From: an uncultured Acidimicrobiaceae bacterium
GTDB lineage: Bacteria > Actinomycetota > Acidimicrobiia > Acidimicrobiales > Ilumatobacteraceae
Assembly (NCBI GenBank): GCA_963720695.1
Contig: CAVRGG010000001.1
Span: 804,299 to 868,298, forward strand
Direction: 5' to 3'
DNA: 64,000 bases
In this document: positions 47,712-55,350 of the stretch, piece after piece
Numbering within the stretch: the first letter of the stretch is position 1
Layout: each line of letters opens with the position of its first letter
Made by a program: the position numbers and the translations under genes
The notes under the pieces: model-generated
Told to the model about the DNA's origin: nothing
What the model saw: only the letters and a program-made list of their open reading frames with translations
The model's database searches: none

Positions 47712-47972
47712 GTGAACGTTCCCCACCGCCTGATCCTGCTGCCCTTGCTCGCCGTGAGCACGATGAGCATCGCCGCCTGTGGCAGCGACAGCACCAAGAG
47801 CCCCGCCACCCCGACCACCGATGCGATGATGACCGACACCACCGATGCGATGATGACCGACACCACCGATGCGATGATGACCGACACCACGGACGCGATG
47901 ATGACCGACACCACCGATGCGATGATGACCGACACCACGGACGCGATGATGACCGAGACGACGGGCGGCTGA
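47712..47972 (+). CDS. Small Met-rich repeat lipoprotein: signal peptide + lipobox + (DAMMTDTT)x6
   Basis: GTG 47712 with GGAGA 5 nt upstream. LILLPLLAVSTMSIAAC lipobox. Mature part is CGSDSTKSPATPTT + 6 octapeptide repeats + GG. Confidence 0.6.
   Translation: MNVPHRLILLPLLAVSTMSIAACGSDSTKSPATPTTDAMMTDTTDAMMTDTTDAMMTDTTDAMMTDTTDAMMTDTTDAMMTETTGG
47820..47963 (+). repeat. Six tandem copies of a 24-bp unit gatgcgatgatgaccgacaccacc
   Basis: Copies 1 and 2 are identical. Copies 3+4 and 5+6 share the acg|gac junction, suggesting a 48-bp duplication. Copy 6 is diverged (gagacgacg). Confidence 0.95.
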
Positions 47973-47975
47973 GCG

Positions 47976-48596
47976 ATGAGCACCAAGGCCCGGTGGGCCA
48001 TGCTCGCCGTGCTGCTGGTCGGTGCGGTGGTCGCCGTGTCGGTGAGCCACCGCACCAAACCCGATCAGGTGTCGGGGGCGGCGGGTGACGCTGTCCGTCC
48101 CGTGGTGCTCGAGCAGGACCTCCCGGTGCTCGATCCCGGACCGCTGCCGTCCGTCGCAGGTGCAACGGGGTGGATCAACACCGATCCGCTGACGAGCGCC
48201 TCCCTGCACGGCTCGGTGGTGCTCGTGGACTTCTGGACGTTCGGTTGCATCAACTGCCAGCACACGCTCTCCCATGTGAAGGCGTGGTACGACCGCTACG
48301 CGGCGGACGGTCTCGTGATCCTCGGCGTGCACACGCCCGAGTTCTCGTACGAGGCCGACCCCGCCAACGTCCAGGACTACGTGACCCGCGAGGGCATCAC
48401 CTACCCGGTGGCACTCGACCCCGACATGACGATCTGGCATGCATGGAACAACCACGCATGGCCAGGCTTCTATCTCTACGACACCGACGGGCAACTGCGC
48501 CTCAAGCACCTCGGTGAGGGCCGCTACGACATGACCGAGGACTCGATCCGGGCCCTGCTCGGCGTCGATCCCGCCAGCCCGAGAGCCGACGTGTGA
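47976..48596 (+). CDS. Membrane-anchored TlpA/ResA-like thiol:disulfide oxidoreductase (redoxin)
   Basis: N-terminal TM helix and the thioredoxin motif WTFGCINC. Begins 3 nt after the lipoprotein stop. Confidence 0.85.
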   Translation: MSTKARWAMLAVLLVGAVVAVSVSHRTKPDQVSGAAGDAVRPVVLEQDLPVLDPGPLPSVAGATGWINTDPLTSASLHGSVVLVDFWTFGCINCQHTLSHVKAWYDRYAADGLVILGVHTPEFSYEADPANVQDYVTREGITYPVALDPDMTIWHAWNNHAWPGFYLYDTDGQLRLKHLGEGRYDMTEDSIRALLGVDPASPRADV

Positions 48597-49264
48597 GCTC
48601 GTTCGCCGTCGCGGCCGTGGCGCTCTACGGCGCCGGCGTGGCCGCGTCGGCGAGCCCGTGCGTGCTGCCGCTCGTCCCCGGCTACCTCGGCGTGCTCGCC
48701 GATGCCGATGGGCGGCCCGGTCGCACGGGACGAGTGGCGATCTTCGCTGCGTCGGCGGTCACGACGTTCGCGATCCTGGGATCGCTCGTGGCGGCGTTCG
48801 GCTCGGTGGTGCACACCACGGTTGCCCTGCAACGGGTCGCCGGTGCGCTGCTGCTCGTCTGCGCGGCGGCAGCCCTGGCGACCCACTTCGGTCGCCTGCA
48901 GCAGAGTTGGCGGATCCCGGTCGCGATTCCGGCGTCGCCGGTCCCTCGTGCAGTCGCGCTCGGGGTGGGCTGCGGAGCTGCATGGACACCGTGTGTCGGT
49001 CCGCTCCTGGGTGCGGCGTTGACCGCGGCAGGCGGCGTGGGTTCGGTGTCTCGTGGTGCCCTGCTGCTGGCCGCGTTCGGCATGGGCGTGGTGACGCCGC
49101 TCGTCGCGATCGCCATCCTGCCGTTGCCGAAGGTGCCGGCCTCATGGCGTCGCATCGGCCGGGCGGCGAACATCGCCACGCCGGCGGTGCTGGCAGTGGT
49201 CGGTCTCGTCCTGCTGTTCGGGTGGTACGGGCCGCTGGTTCAGCGGTTGCCGACGGGCACGTAG
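48593..49264 (+). CDS. ccdA: Cytochrome c biogenesis/thiol-reductant transporter CcdA (DsbD family)
   Basis: Conserved SPCVLPLVP and TPCVGP cysteines and six TM helices. GTGA overlap with the thioredoxin gene. Confidence 0.85.
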   Translation: MSSFAVAAVALYGAGVAASASPCVLPLVPGYLGVLADADGRPGRTGRVAIFAASAVTTFAILGSLVAAFGSVVHTTVALQRVAGALLLVCAAAALATHFGRLQQSWRIPVAIPASPVPRAVALGVGCGAAWTPCVGPLLGAALTAAGGVGSVSRGALLLAAFGMGVVTPLVAIAILPLPKVPASWRRIGRAANIATPAVLAVVGLVLLFGWYGPLVQRLPTGT

Positions 49265-50508
49265 TCGCGAGTCTCGGGACCTGTGTACCACTGGCGCGGG
49301 CGGCTGATCTTCTGGTCCTTGTCGCCCAGGAGTTCCTGCCAGTGCGCCAACCAACCGACGGTGCGGGGAATCGCGAACAGCACGGTGAACATGGCGACGG
49401 GGAAACCCAGCGCCTGGTAGATGAGGCCGGAGTAGAAGTCGACGTTCGGGTACAGCTTGCGGTCGACGAAGTACGGGTCGCTCAACGCGGTCTCTTCGAG
49501 CTTCAGGGCGATGTCGAGCAGCGGGTTCTTGCCCGTCACCTCGAACACGTCGTAGGCCGTCTTCTTGATGATGGTGGCCCGCGGATCGAAGTTCTTGTAC
49601 ACGCGGTGGCCGAAGCCCATCAGCCGGCTGCCGCTGCCACTCTTGACCTCGTTGATGAAGGCCGGCACGTTCTCGACGCTGCCGATCTCGGTGAGCATCC
49701 GCACGACCGCCTCGTTGGCGCCGCCGTGGAGGGGACCGTAGAGCGCGGACGCCGCAGCTGCGGCAGAGGTGTAGGGGTCGGAGTGGCTCGAACCGACGAC
49801 ACGCATCGCGGTGGTGCCGCAGTTCTGCTCGTGGTCGGCGTGGAGGATGAACAGCACGTCCATGGCCCGCTCCAGGCGGGGGTCGATCTCGTACTCGCCG
49901 ATCTTCCACATCATGTTGAGGAAGTTGGCCGGGAACGACAGCGCGTTGTCGGGGTAGACGAACGGCAGGCCGACCGAGAACCGGTAGCACATGGCCGCCA
50001 GGGTGGGCATCTTGGCGATGAGCCGCAGGATCTGCTTGTCGCGGCTCTCCTTGGAGTGGATGTCCTTGGCGTCGTCGTAGAACGTGCCCAAGGCGGCCAT
50101 CGCGCTGACGAGCATGCCCATCGGGTGGGCGTCGTAGTGGAATCCGTCGACGAACCGCTTGCGCATGTTCTCGTGGATGAACGTGTGGAGGGTGACCTCC
50201 TCCTTCCACGTCGTGAGTTGATCAGCGGTGGGGAGGTCGCCGTTGAGCAACAGGTACGCCACCTCGAGGTAGGTGCTCTTCTCGGCGAGCTGCTCGATCG
50301 GGTAGCCCCGATACCGGAGGATGCCTGCATCGCCATCGAGGTAGGTGATCGCACTCTTGCACGCCGCCGTCTGCATGTAGGCAGGGTCGTAGATGAACAG
50401 CGAGGGATCGAGCTCCCGAACCGCGGTTGCCGGGAAGACGCCTCCGGTGATCGGAACCGTGATGGTCTTGCCGGTCCGATCGTCGGTGATGGTGATGGTG
50501 TCGGGCAT
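49240..50508 (-). CDS. gltA: Citrate synthase
   Basis: 422-aa ORF (ILRYRGYPIEQL, HADHEQNCGT, GFGHRVYK). Confidence 0.95.
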   Translation of the reverse strand: MPDTITITDDRTGKTITVPITGGVFPATAVRELDPSLFIYDPAYMQTAACKSAITYLDGDAGILRYRGYPIEQLAEKSTYLEVAYLLLNGDLPTADQLTTWKEEVTLHTFIHENMRKRFVDGFHYDAHPMGMLVSAMAALGTFYDDAKDIHSKESRDKQILRLIAKMPTLAAMCYRFSVGLPFVYPDNALSFPANFLNMMWKIGEYEIDPRLERAMDVLFILHADHEQNCGTTAMRVVGSSHSDPYTSAAAAASALYGPLHGGANEAVVRMLTEIGSVENVPAFINEVKSGSGSRLMGFGHRVYKNFDPRATIIKKTAYDVFEVTGKNPLLDIALKLEETALSDPYFVDRKLYPNVDFYSGLIYQALGFPVAMFTVLFAIPRTVGWLAHWQELLGDKDQKISRPRQWYTGPETRDYVPVGNR

Positions 50509-50596
50509 GTTGTTCCCTTCGGTGACACGAGGATGGTGGGGCTTTCTCCCCGCCGACGAGACTAGCGGCAGGTAGGGAGGGGTGACCCAACCGAAG

Positions 50597-51940
50597 TCAG
50601 AGGGGCGTGTTGTCGTGCGGGCGCGTCACGAGCCGCTCTCGCTTGTCCTGCAACGCGACCAACGCGGCGCCGATCACCTGGCGCGTTTCGGCGGGATCGA
50701 TGACCGCATCGACGTAGCCGCGCTCGGCGGCGACGTACGGATTGAGCAGTCGCTCGGCGTAGTCGGCCTCGAACTGCGCCCGTTCATCGGGGGTGGCGCG
50801 CCGTTGGAGGATCGCCGCCGCCTGACCGGCGCCCATCACCGCCAGCTCGGCCCACGGCCACGCGAGACACAGGTCGTTCCCCATTCTCTTGGAGTCCATG
50901 ACGATGTATGCCCCGCCGTAGCTCTTGCGGAGGATCACGCAGATGCGGGGGACGGTCGCGCGGCCGTACGCGAACACGAGTTGCGCACCGTGACGGATCA
51001 TCCCGCGCCACTCGAGGTCCTTGCCGGGATAGAAGCCGGGGGTGTCCACGAGCGTGATGATGGGAAGGTTGAACGCATCGCAGCAGGCGACGAAGCGGGC
51101 CGCCTTCTGCGATGCCGGGATGTCGAGTGTGCCGGCGAGGGCCAGTGGCTGATTGGCGACGACGCCCACGGGCATGCCGCCGATGGTCGTGAGCGCCGTG
51201 ACGACGTTGCTCGCCCAACGCGGTCGCAGCTCGAGGAGGTCCTCGTCGTCGGCGATCGCCCGGATCACGGCCCGTACGTCGTAGCTGCCAGTCGACGATG
51301 GGGGGATCAGCTCGCCTGCCTCGGGCACGGCTCGGTCGATCGAGTCGTCGGTCGGCCACAGCGGCGGCTCCTGGTCGTTGTGCTGGGGGTAGTAGGCCAG
51401 CAGCTGTCCGGCCAGCTCGATCGCCCCTGACAGGTCCGCCGCCACGAGCTCGGCTGCCCCGGTGTAGCGGGCATGGCTGGCTGCGCCACCCAACTCCTCG
51501 TTGTCCATCACCACACCGGTGAACTCGGCCACCATCGTCGGTCCGCTCACGAAGGCATATGCAGCCTCGGTCATCACCACGTGATCGGCGATGCCGAGCA
51601 GCAGCGCCGGGCCGGACACCGCCGGTCCGTCGACGATGAACACCGTGGGCACCACGCCGGAGCAGTCGGTGAGCGCCTTGGCGGCCCGCCCCCATCCGTG
51701 CAGCGCGGCGAAGCCTTCGACGATGTCGGCGCCGCTCGAACGCATGACGCAGACGAGCGGTACCCTCGCCGCGAGTGCGGTGACCGCGGCGTGCTCGAGG
51801 ATCGAAGAGGACTCGCTCGTCAGCGCGCCCTTGCGGTCGGAGGCGTCCACCTCGACCCAGACGACGTCGCGTTCGTTGAACTCGCGGACATCGGTTCGGA
51901 TCGAGCCGGGGACCTTGCTGCGCAGCGCGACGTTGGCCAT
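50597..51940 (-). CDS. Acyl-CoA carboxylase carboxyltransferase (beta) subunit
   Basis: Two crotonase-like CT domains (ITLVDTPGFYPG, RKSYGGAYIVM). Start at ATG 51940 preferred over 51997 because it avoids overlap with the LysR gene. Confidence 0.8.
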   Translation of the reverse strand: MANVALRSKVPGSIRTDVREFNERDVVWVEVDASDRKGALTSESSSILEHAAVTALAARVPLVCVMRSSGADIVEGFAALHGWGRAAKALTDCSGVVPTVFIVDGPAVSGPALLLGIADHVVMTEAAYAFVSGPTMVAEFTGVVMDNEELGGAASHARYTGAAELVAADLSGAIELAGQLLAYYPQHNDQEPPLWPTDDSIDRAVPEAGELIPPSSTGSYDVRAVIRAIADDEDLLELRPRWASNVVTALTTIGGMPVGVVANQPLALAGTLDIPASQKAARFVACCDAFNLPIITLVDTPGFYPGKDLEWRGMIRHGAQLVFAYGRATVPRICVILRKSYGGAYIVMDSKRMGNDLCLAWPWAELAVMGAGQAAAILQRRATPDERAQFEADYAERLLNPYVAAERGYVDAVIDPAETRQVIGAALVALQDKRERLVTRPHDNTPL

Positions 51941-51950
51941 CGAGGAGAGA

Positions 51951-52889
51951 CTAGACAGACCGGCCGAGTGGGAATGCCTCCGCGCCGACATAGACACCGG
52001 GCTGCTTCTCGCCCTGGGTCGCCACCACCTCGCGCAGCACGCTCAACATCGCCCGCGTCGGTGTCCCCGGACTCGGCCGGCGACGCTGGACCCAGCCGAC
52101 GACACGGCGCGGAAGTTCGGGGATCGCGATGCGCTGGAAGTCGCCCTTCAGCCAGCGAGGCACCGACGTCGCGGGCACGATGGCCGCGCCGAATCCTTCG
52201 AATGCCAACGAGGTGAGCAGCCGGACCCCGTCGATCTCGACCTGTGCCTGCAGTTCGATACCCGCGGCGCTGGCCGCTCGATCGATGACGCGCCGCAGCG
52301 CCGTGCCGAGCGGCGGCAGCATGAGCGGTTCTCCGGCCAGATCGGCGAGGGGGAGTGCATCCAACCCGGACAGGTGGTGCTTGGTGTGAACGAGGAGCAG
52401 CAGGTCCTCTGCGAACAGCGGCTCGACCGTGACCTCGGGGTCGTCGACGGGAAGGTGGACGATGGCGGCATCGAGTTGTTGGCCCACCAGCCGCGGGATG
52501 AGGTTGGTCGTGTTGCCCTCGTGGGCGGTGACGTGCACGCCAGGGTGCTGCTTGCTGAGCTGGACGAGCAACTGGGGGAGCAACCAACGGGCCGTGGTGC
52601 CGATCACGCCGAGACGCGAGTCGCCGCGCACCTCGTCGCCACGGGAGGCCATCTCGGCGGTGATGTCGTCGAGTTCGTGCAGCACCCGGCGCGCTCGCTC
52701 GACGACGATGACGCCGTCCTCGGTGAGGCCCCCGCGCTGTCGGTCGACCAGCACGACACCCAACTCCTTCTCGAGGCGGGCGATGTGGCCGCTGACGTTG
52801 GATTGGACCGTGTAGAGAGCTCTCGCCGCCGCCGAAAATGACCCGTGATCAGCGATGGCGACCAGGGTGGTGAGTTGGCGGAGATCCAT
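51951..52889 (-). CDS. LysR-family transcriptional regulator
   Basis: MDLRQLTTLVAIADHGSFSAAARALYTVQSNVSGHIARLE HTH plus a substrate-binding domain. ATG 52889; the ORF track starts at TTG 52907. Confidence 0.9.
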   Translation of the reverse strand: MDLRQLTTLVAIADHGSFSAAARALYTVQSNVSGHIARLEKELGVVLVDRQRGGLTEDGVIVVERARRVLHELDDITAEMASRGDEVRGDSRLGVIGTTARWLLPQLLVQLSKQHPGVHVTAHEGNTTNLIPRLVGQQLDAAIVHLPVDDPEVTVEPLFAEDLLLLVHTKHHLSGLDALPLADLAGEPLMLPPLGTALRRVIDRAASAAGIELQAQVEIDGVRLLTSLAFEGFGAAIVPATSVPRWLKGDFQRIAIPELPRRVVGWVQRRRPSPGTPTRAMLSVLREVVATQGEKQPGVYVGAEAFPLGRSV

Positions 52890-52903
52890 CTCCAAAAACG
52901 ATA

Positions 52904-52916
52904 CCAAGTATCTTGG
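52904..52916. promoter_or_regulatory. Perfect palindrome CCAAG-TAT-CTTGG just upstream of the LysR gene
   Basis: Direct reading. Lies 15 nt upstream of the lysR ATG and ~10 nt upstream of the sRNA -35 box. Confidence 0.4.
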
Positions 52917-52959
52917 AAACCAGCTTGAAAGATCGTTTGTTCACGTGCATACTTTCACA

Positions 52960-53082
52960 TGTTGATCGAAGTGAGCTGTCCCCCAATGGCTCACTCGACC
53001 AGAACCCACCAATGTGGTTCCCCCAACCACGGGTTCCAGGTTGAGAGGCCCCGCTTCCCCCAAGCGGGGCCTTTCCCGTTTT
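52960..53082 (+). ncRNA. 6C-family-like small RNA with three hairpins each presenting a TCCCCCAA loop
   Basis: Putative promoter TTGAAA (52925..52930)-N17-CATACT (52948..52953). Hairpins: GTGAGC/GCTCAC (52971..52994), GAACCC..GTGG/CCAC..GGGTTC (53002..53036) and GGCCCCGC/GCGGGGCC (53047..53071) followed by TTTCCCGTTTT. Low-GC island. A HAD-IB hydrolase gene lies downstream. Confidence 0.7.
53047..53082 (+). terminator. Intrinsic terminator (8-bp GC stem, 9-nt C-rich loop, T-rich tail)
   Basis: GGCCCCGC-TTCCCCCAA-GCGGGGCC-TTTCCCGTTTT. Confidence 0.7.
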
Positions 53083-53112
53083 GCGCGGCCCTGCGTCCCG
53101 TAGGGTGAGTCC

Positions 53113-54561
53113 ATGACGCAGGCAAAGGGTGCCGCATTCTTCGACCTCGATCGCACGCTCCTCGCCGGCGCGTCCGGCGAGGTGTTCTCCCGGGCGATGC
53201 GCGAGGCCGGGCTGGTCAGCCGATCGATCCCCGGTGAGGGCCTGCTGTACCGGTTGTTCAACACGGTCGGCGAGACGCTGCCCGCGATGGCACTCGCCCG
53301 CCAGGGCGCGAATCTGGCCAAGGGACGTTCGCGGGCCGTCGTACAGCGTGCGGCCGAGGGTGCCGCCGCCGCCCTGGCCGCCATGGTGCAGCCGCTGGCG
53401 GCGGCGTTGTTCGACGAACATCGTGCGGCCGGGCGACCCGTCGTGCTGGCCACGACCACGCCGTACGACCTGGTCAAGCCGCTCGCCGACCTGCTCGGGC
53501 TCGACGACGTGGTCGCCACCCGGTACGGCGTCAACGCCGACGGCACCTACGACGGCACGCTCGACGGGCCGTTCGTGTGGAGCGCGGGCAAGCTCGCCGC
53601 GGTCACCACGTGGGCACGCCGCAACGGCGTCGACCTCCGCGACAGCTACGCCTACAGCGACAGCGTCTACGACACGCCGCTGCTGGCGGCGGTGGGCCAC
53701 CCGTTCGTCGTGAACCCCGACCCGCGCATGGTGGTCATGGCGGCGGCTCGCCGATGGCCGACCCTCGACCTGTCGGGTGCCGGCGCCCGCACCGGCTCGC
53801 AGATGGCGCGCCTGCCCGTCGTCAACATCGAGCTGCAGCGGATCGCGCTGGGGCTCACCCACCCCTTGTTCTTCCCGTACGCCAAGTTCCACATCGAAGG
53901 GACCGAGCACATCCCGGCATCGGGCCCGGCCATCATCGTCGGCAACCACCGCAGCTACTTCGACCCTGCGGCGCTGGCGCTCACGATCGCTCGTACCGAT
54001 CGAACGGTGCGGTTCCTGGGCAAGAAGGAAGTGTTCGACGCACCGGTGGTGGGCCAACTCGCCTCGGCGATGGGCGGGATCCGAGTCGAGCGCGGCACGG
54101 GGAGCGACGCTCCGCTGCAGGCCGCCGCAGATGCGCTCGGCGCTGGTGACCTCGTGGCGCTGATGCCGCAGGGAACGATCCCGCGTGGTCGAGCGTTCTA
54201 CGACCCTGTGCTGAAGGGACGATGGGGCGCGGCACGGTTGGCCGCGATGTCGGGCGCTCCGGTGATCCCCGTCGGCCTGTGGGGAACCGAGAAGGTCTGG
54301 CCGCGTTCGGCGCGTGTCCCCAACGTCCTCAACGTGGTGACCCCGCCGACCATCACGATCACGGTCGGGCCGCCGGTGAAGCTGGCACATCGCGACCCCG
54401 ACGCCGACACGAAGAAGATCATGAAGGCGATCATGGCCCTGCTGCCGCCCGAGGCGAGTCAGCCGCACGAGCCGTCCGCAGCAGAGATCGCCCTGGCGAT
54501 GCCGCCGGGCAAGAAGGGCGACGGCAGCGGCGAGGACCGTCGCCGACCCGGCACCGACTGA
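53113..54561 (+). CDS. HAD-IB family hydrolase fused to lysophospholipid acyltransferase (PlsC-like) domain
   Basis: FFDLDRTL (DxD) HAD motif I, YSDSVYDTP, then NHRSYFDP (HxxxxD) in the acyltransferase half. Confidence 0.8.
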   Translation: MTQAKGAAFFDLDRTLLAGASGEVFSRAMREAGLVSRSIPGEGLLYRLFNTVGETLPAMALARQGANLAKGRSRAVVQRAAEGAAAALAAMVQPLAAALFDEHRAAGRPVVLATTTPYDLVKPLADLLGLDDVVATRYGVNADGTYDGTLDGPFVWSAGKLAAVTTWARRNGVDLRDSYAYSDSVYDTPLLAAVGHPFVVNPDPRMVVMAAARRWPTLDLSGAGARTGSQMARLPVVNIELQRIALGLTHPLFFPYAKFHIEGTEHIPASGPAIIVGNHRSYFDPAALALTIARTDRTVRFLGKKEVFDAPVVGQLASAMGGIRVERGTGSDAPLQAAADALGAGDLVALMPQGTIPRGRAFYDPVLKGRWGAARLAAMSGAPVIPVGLWGTEKVWPRSARVPNVLNVVTPPTITITVGPPVKLAHRDPDADTKKIMKAIMALLPPEASQPHEPSAAEIALAMPPGKKGDGSGEDRRRPGTD

Positions 54562-54567
54562 CCGACC

Positions 54568-55350
54568 TCAGCGTGGGGGACGGGGGAAGAACGGGCTCGT
54601 GCGGGCCACGTACTCCGCGTAGCCCTCCTTGCGCTTGCTCAGCGACTTCTCCAGCAGCACCACACCGCTCACCCTGCGGAGCAGGATCGTCATCACAAGA
54701 GCGCCGATGAGTCCCCAACGGCCGGCGGTGGTCTCGGCGGCGACGAGCGCGATGCCCCACCAGACGCAGGCGTCGCCGAAGTAGTTGGGGTGGCGGGTGT
54801 ACTTCCAGAGCCCGCGGTTCATGACCTTGCCCTGGTTGTCCGGGTCCTTCTTGAACCGGGCGAGCTGGGCGTCGCCGACGGTCTCGAAGAACAGACCCAC
54901 GAGCCAGAGGGCGACGCCCAGCCAGGCCAGGAGGCCGAGGTCGGGCGTGGCGCGGGTCTGGCCGAGCTGCACCGGCAACGACACGAGGAACATCAGCACA
55001 CCCTGCAGACCGAACACCGTGCCGAGGCTGATGATCGGGAACCTCGGGCCCCAGTGCTTTCGCATCGCGCGGTAGCGGTAGTCCTCGCCCTTGCCGTGGT
55101 TGCGCCAGAACAGGTAGGTCGCGAGCCGCAACCCCCACACCGTGGTCATGGCCACGAGCAGGTTCTGGCGAGCGGCGAGCCCGTCGTCGACCCGGAGACG
55201 GACCGCCCATGCCACGACCACGAACCCCAGCCCCCACACGATGTCGACGATGGAGGCGTTCTTGAGGATCAGGCTGAGCAGCCAGGTGGCGATCATCAGC
55301 ACCACGATCGTCAGTGCGGCGGTGGTCAATGCGGTGGCGACGGCGCTCAT
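54568..55350 (-). CDS. DUF1295 / steroid 5-alpha-reductase-like membrane protein
   Basis: Polytopic protein with GLWKYTRHPNYFGD. ATGA overlap with the upstream acyltransferase gene. Confidence 0.75.
   Translation of the reverse strand: MSAVATALTTAALTIVVLMIATWLLSLILKNASIVDIVWGLGFVVVAWAVRLRVDDGLAARQNLLVAMTTVWGLRLATYLFWRNHGKGEDYRYRAMRKHWGPRFPIISLGTVFGLQGVLMFLVSLPVQLGQTRATPDLGLLAWLGVALWLVGLFFETVGDAQLARFKKDPDNQGKVMNRGLWKYTRHPNYFGDACVWWGIALVAAETTAGRWGLIGALVMTILLRRVSGVVLLEKSLSKRKEGYAEYVARTSPFFPRPPR

Noticed and set aside
47820-47963. Possible CRISPR-like array
   Set aside because: The 24-bp units are directly adjacent with no spacers, are in frame within an ORF, and no cas genes are present.
47548-48165. 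N-terminal extension of ORF 46852..48165 with SSHRWCR repeats
   Set aside because: It is the antisense image of the DAMMTDTT repeat array and the thioredoxin gene. The response regulator starts at ATG 47547 (MAAPRILVVDDEP).
52959-53108. 49-aa ORF (MLIEVSCPPMAHSTRTHQCGSPNHGFQVERPRF...) in the LysR/HAD intergenic region
   Set aside because: It has no RBS, and it runs straight through three hairpins and an intrinsic terminator. The repeated TCCCCCAA loops are better explained by an sRNA.
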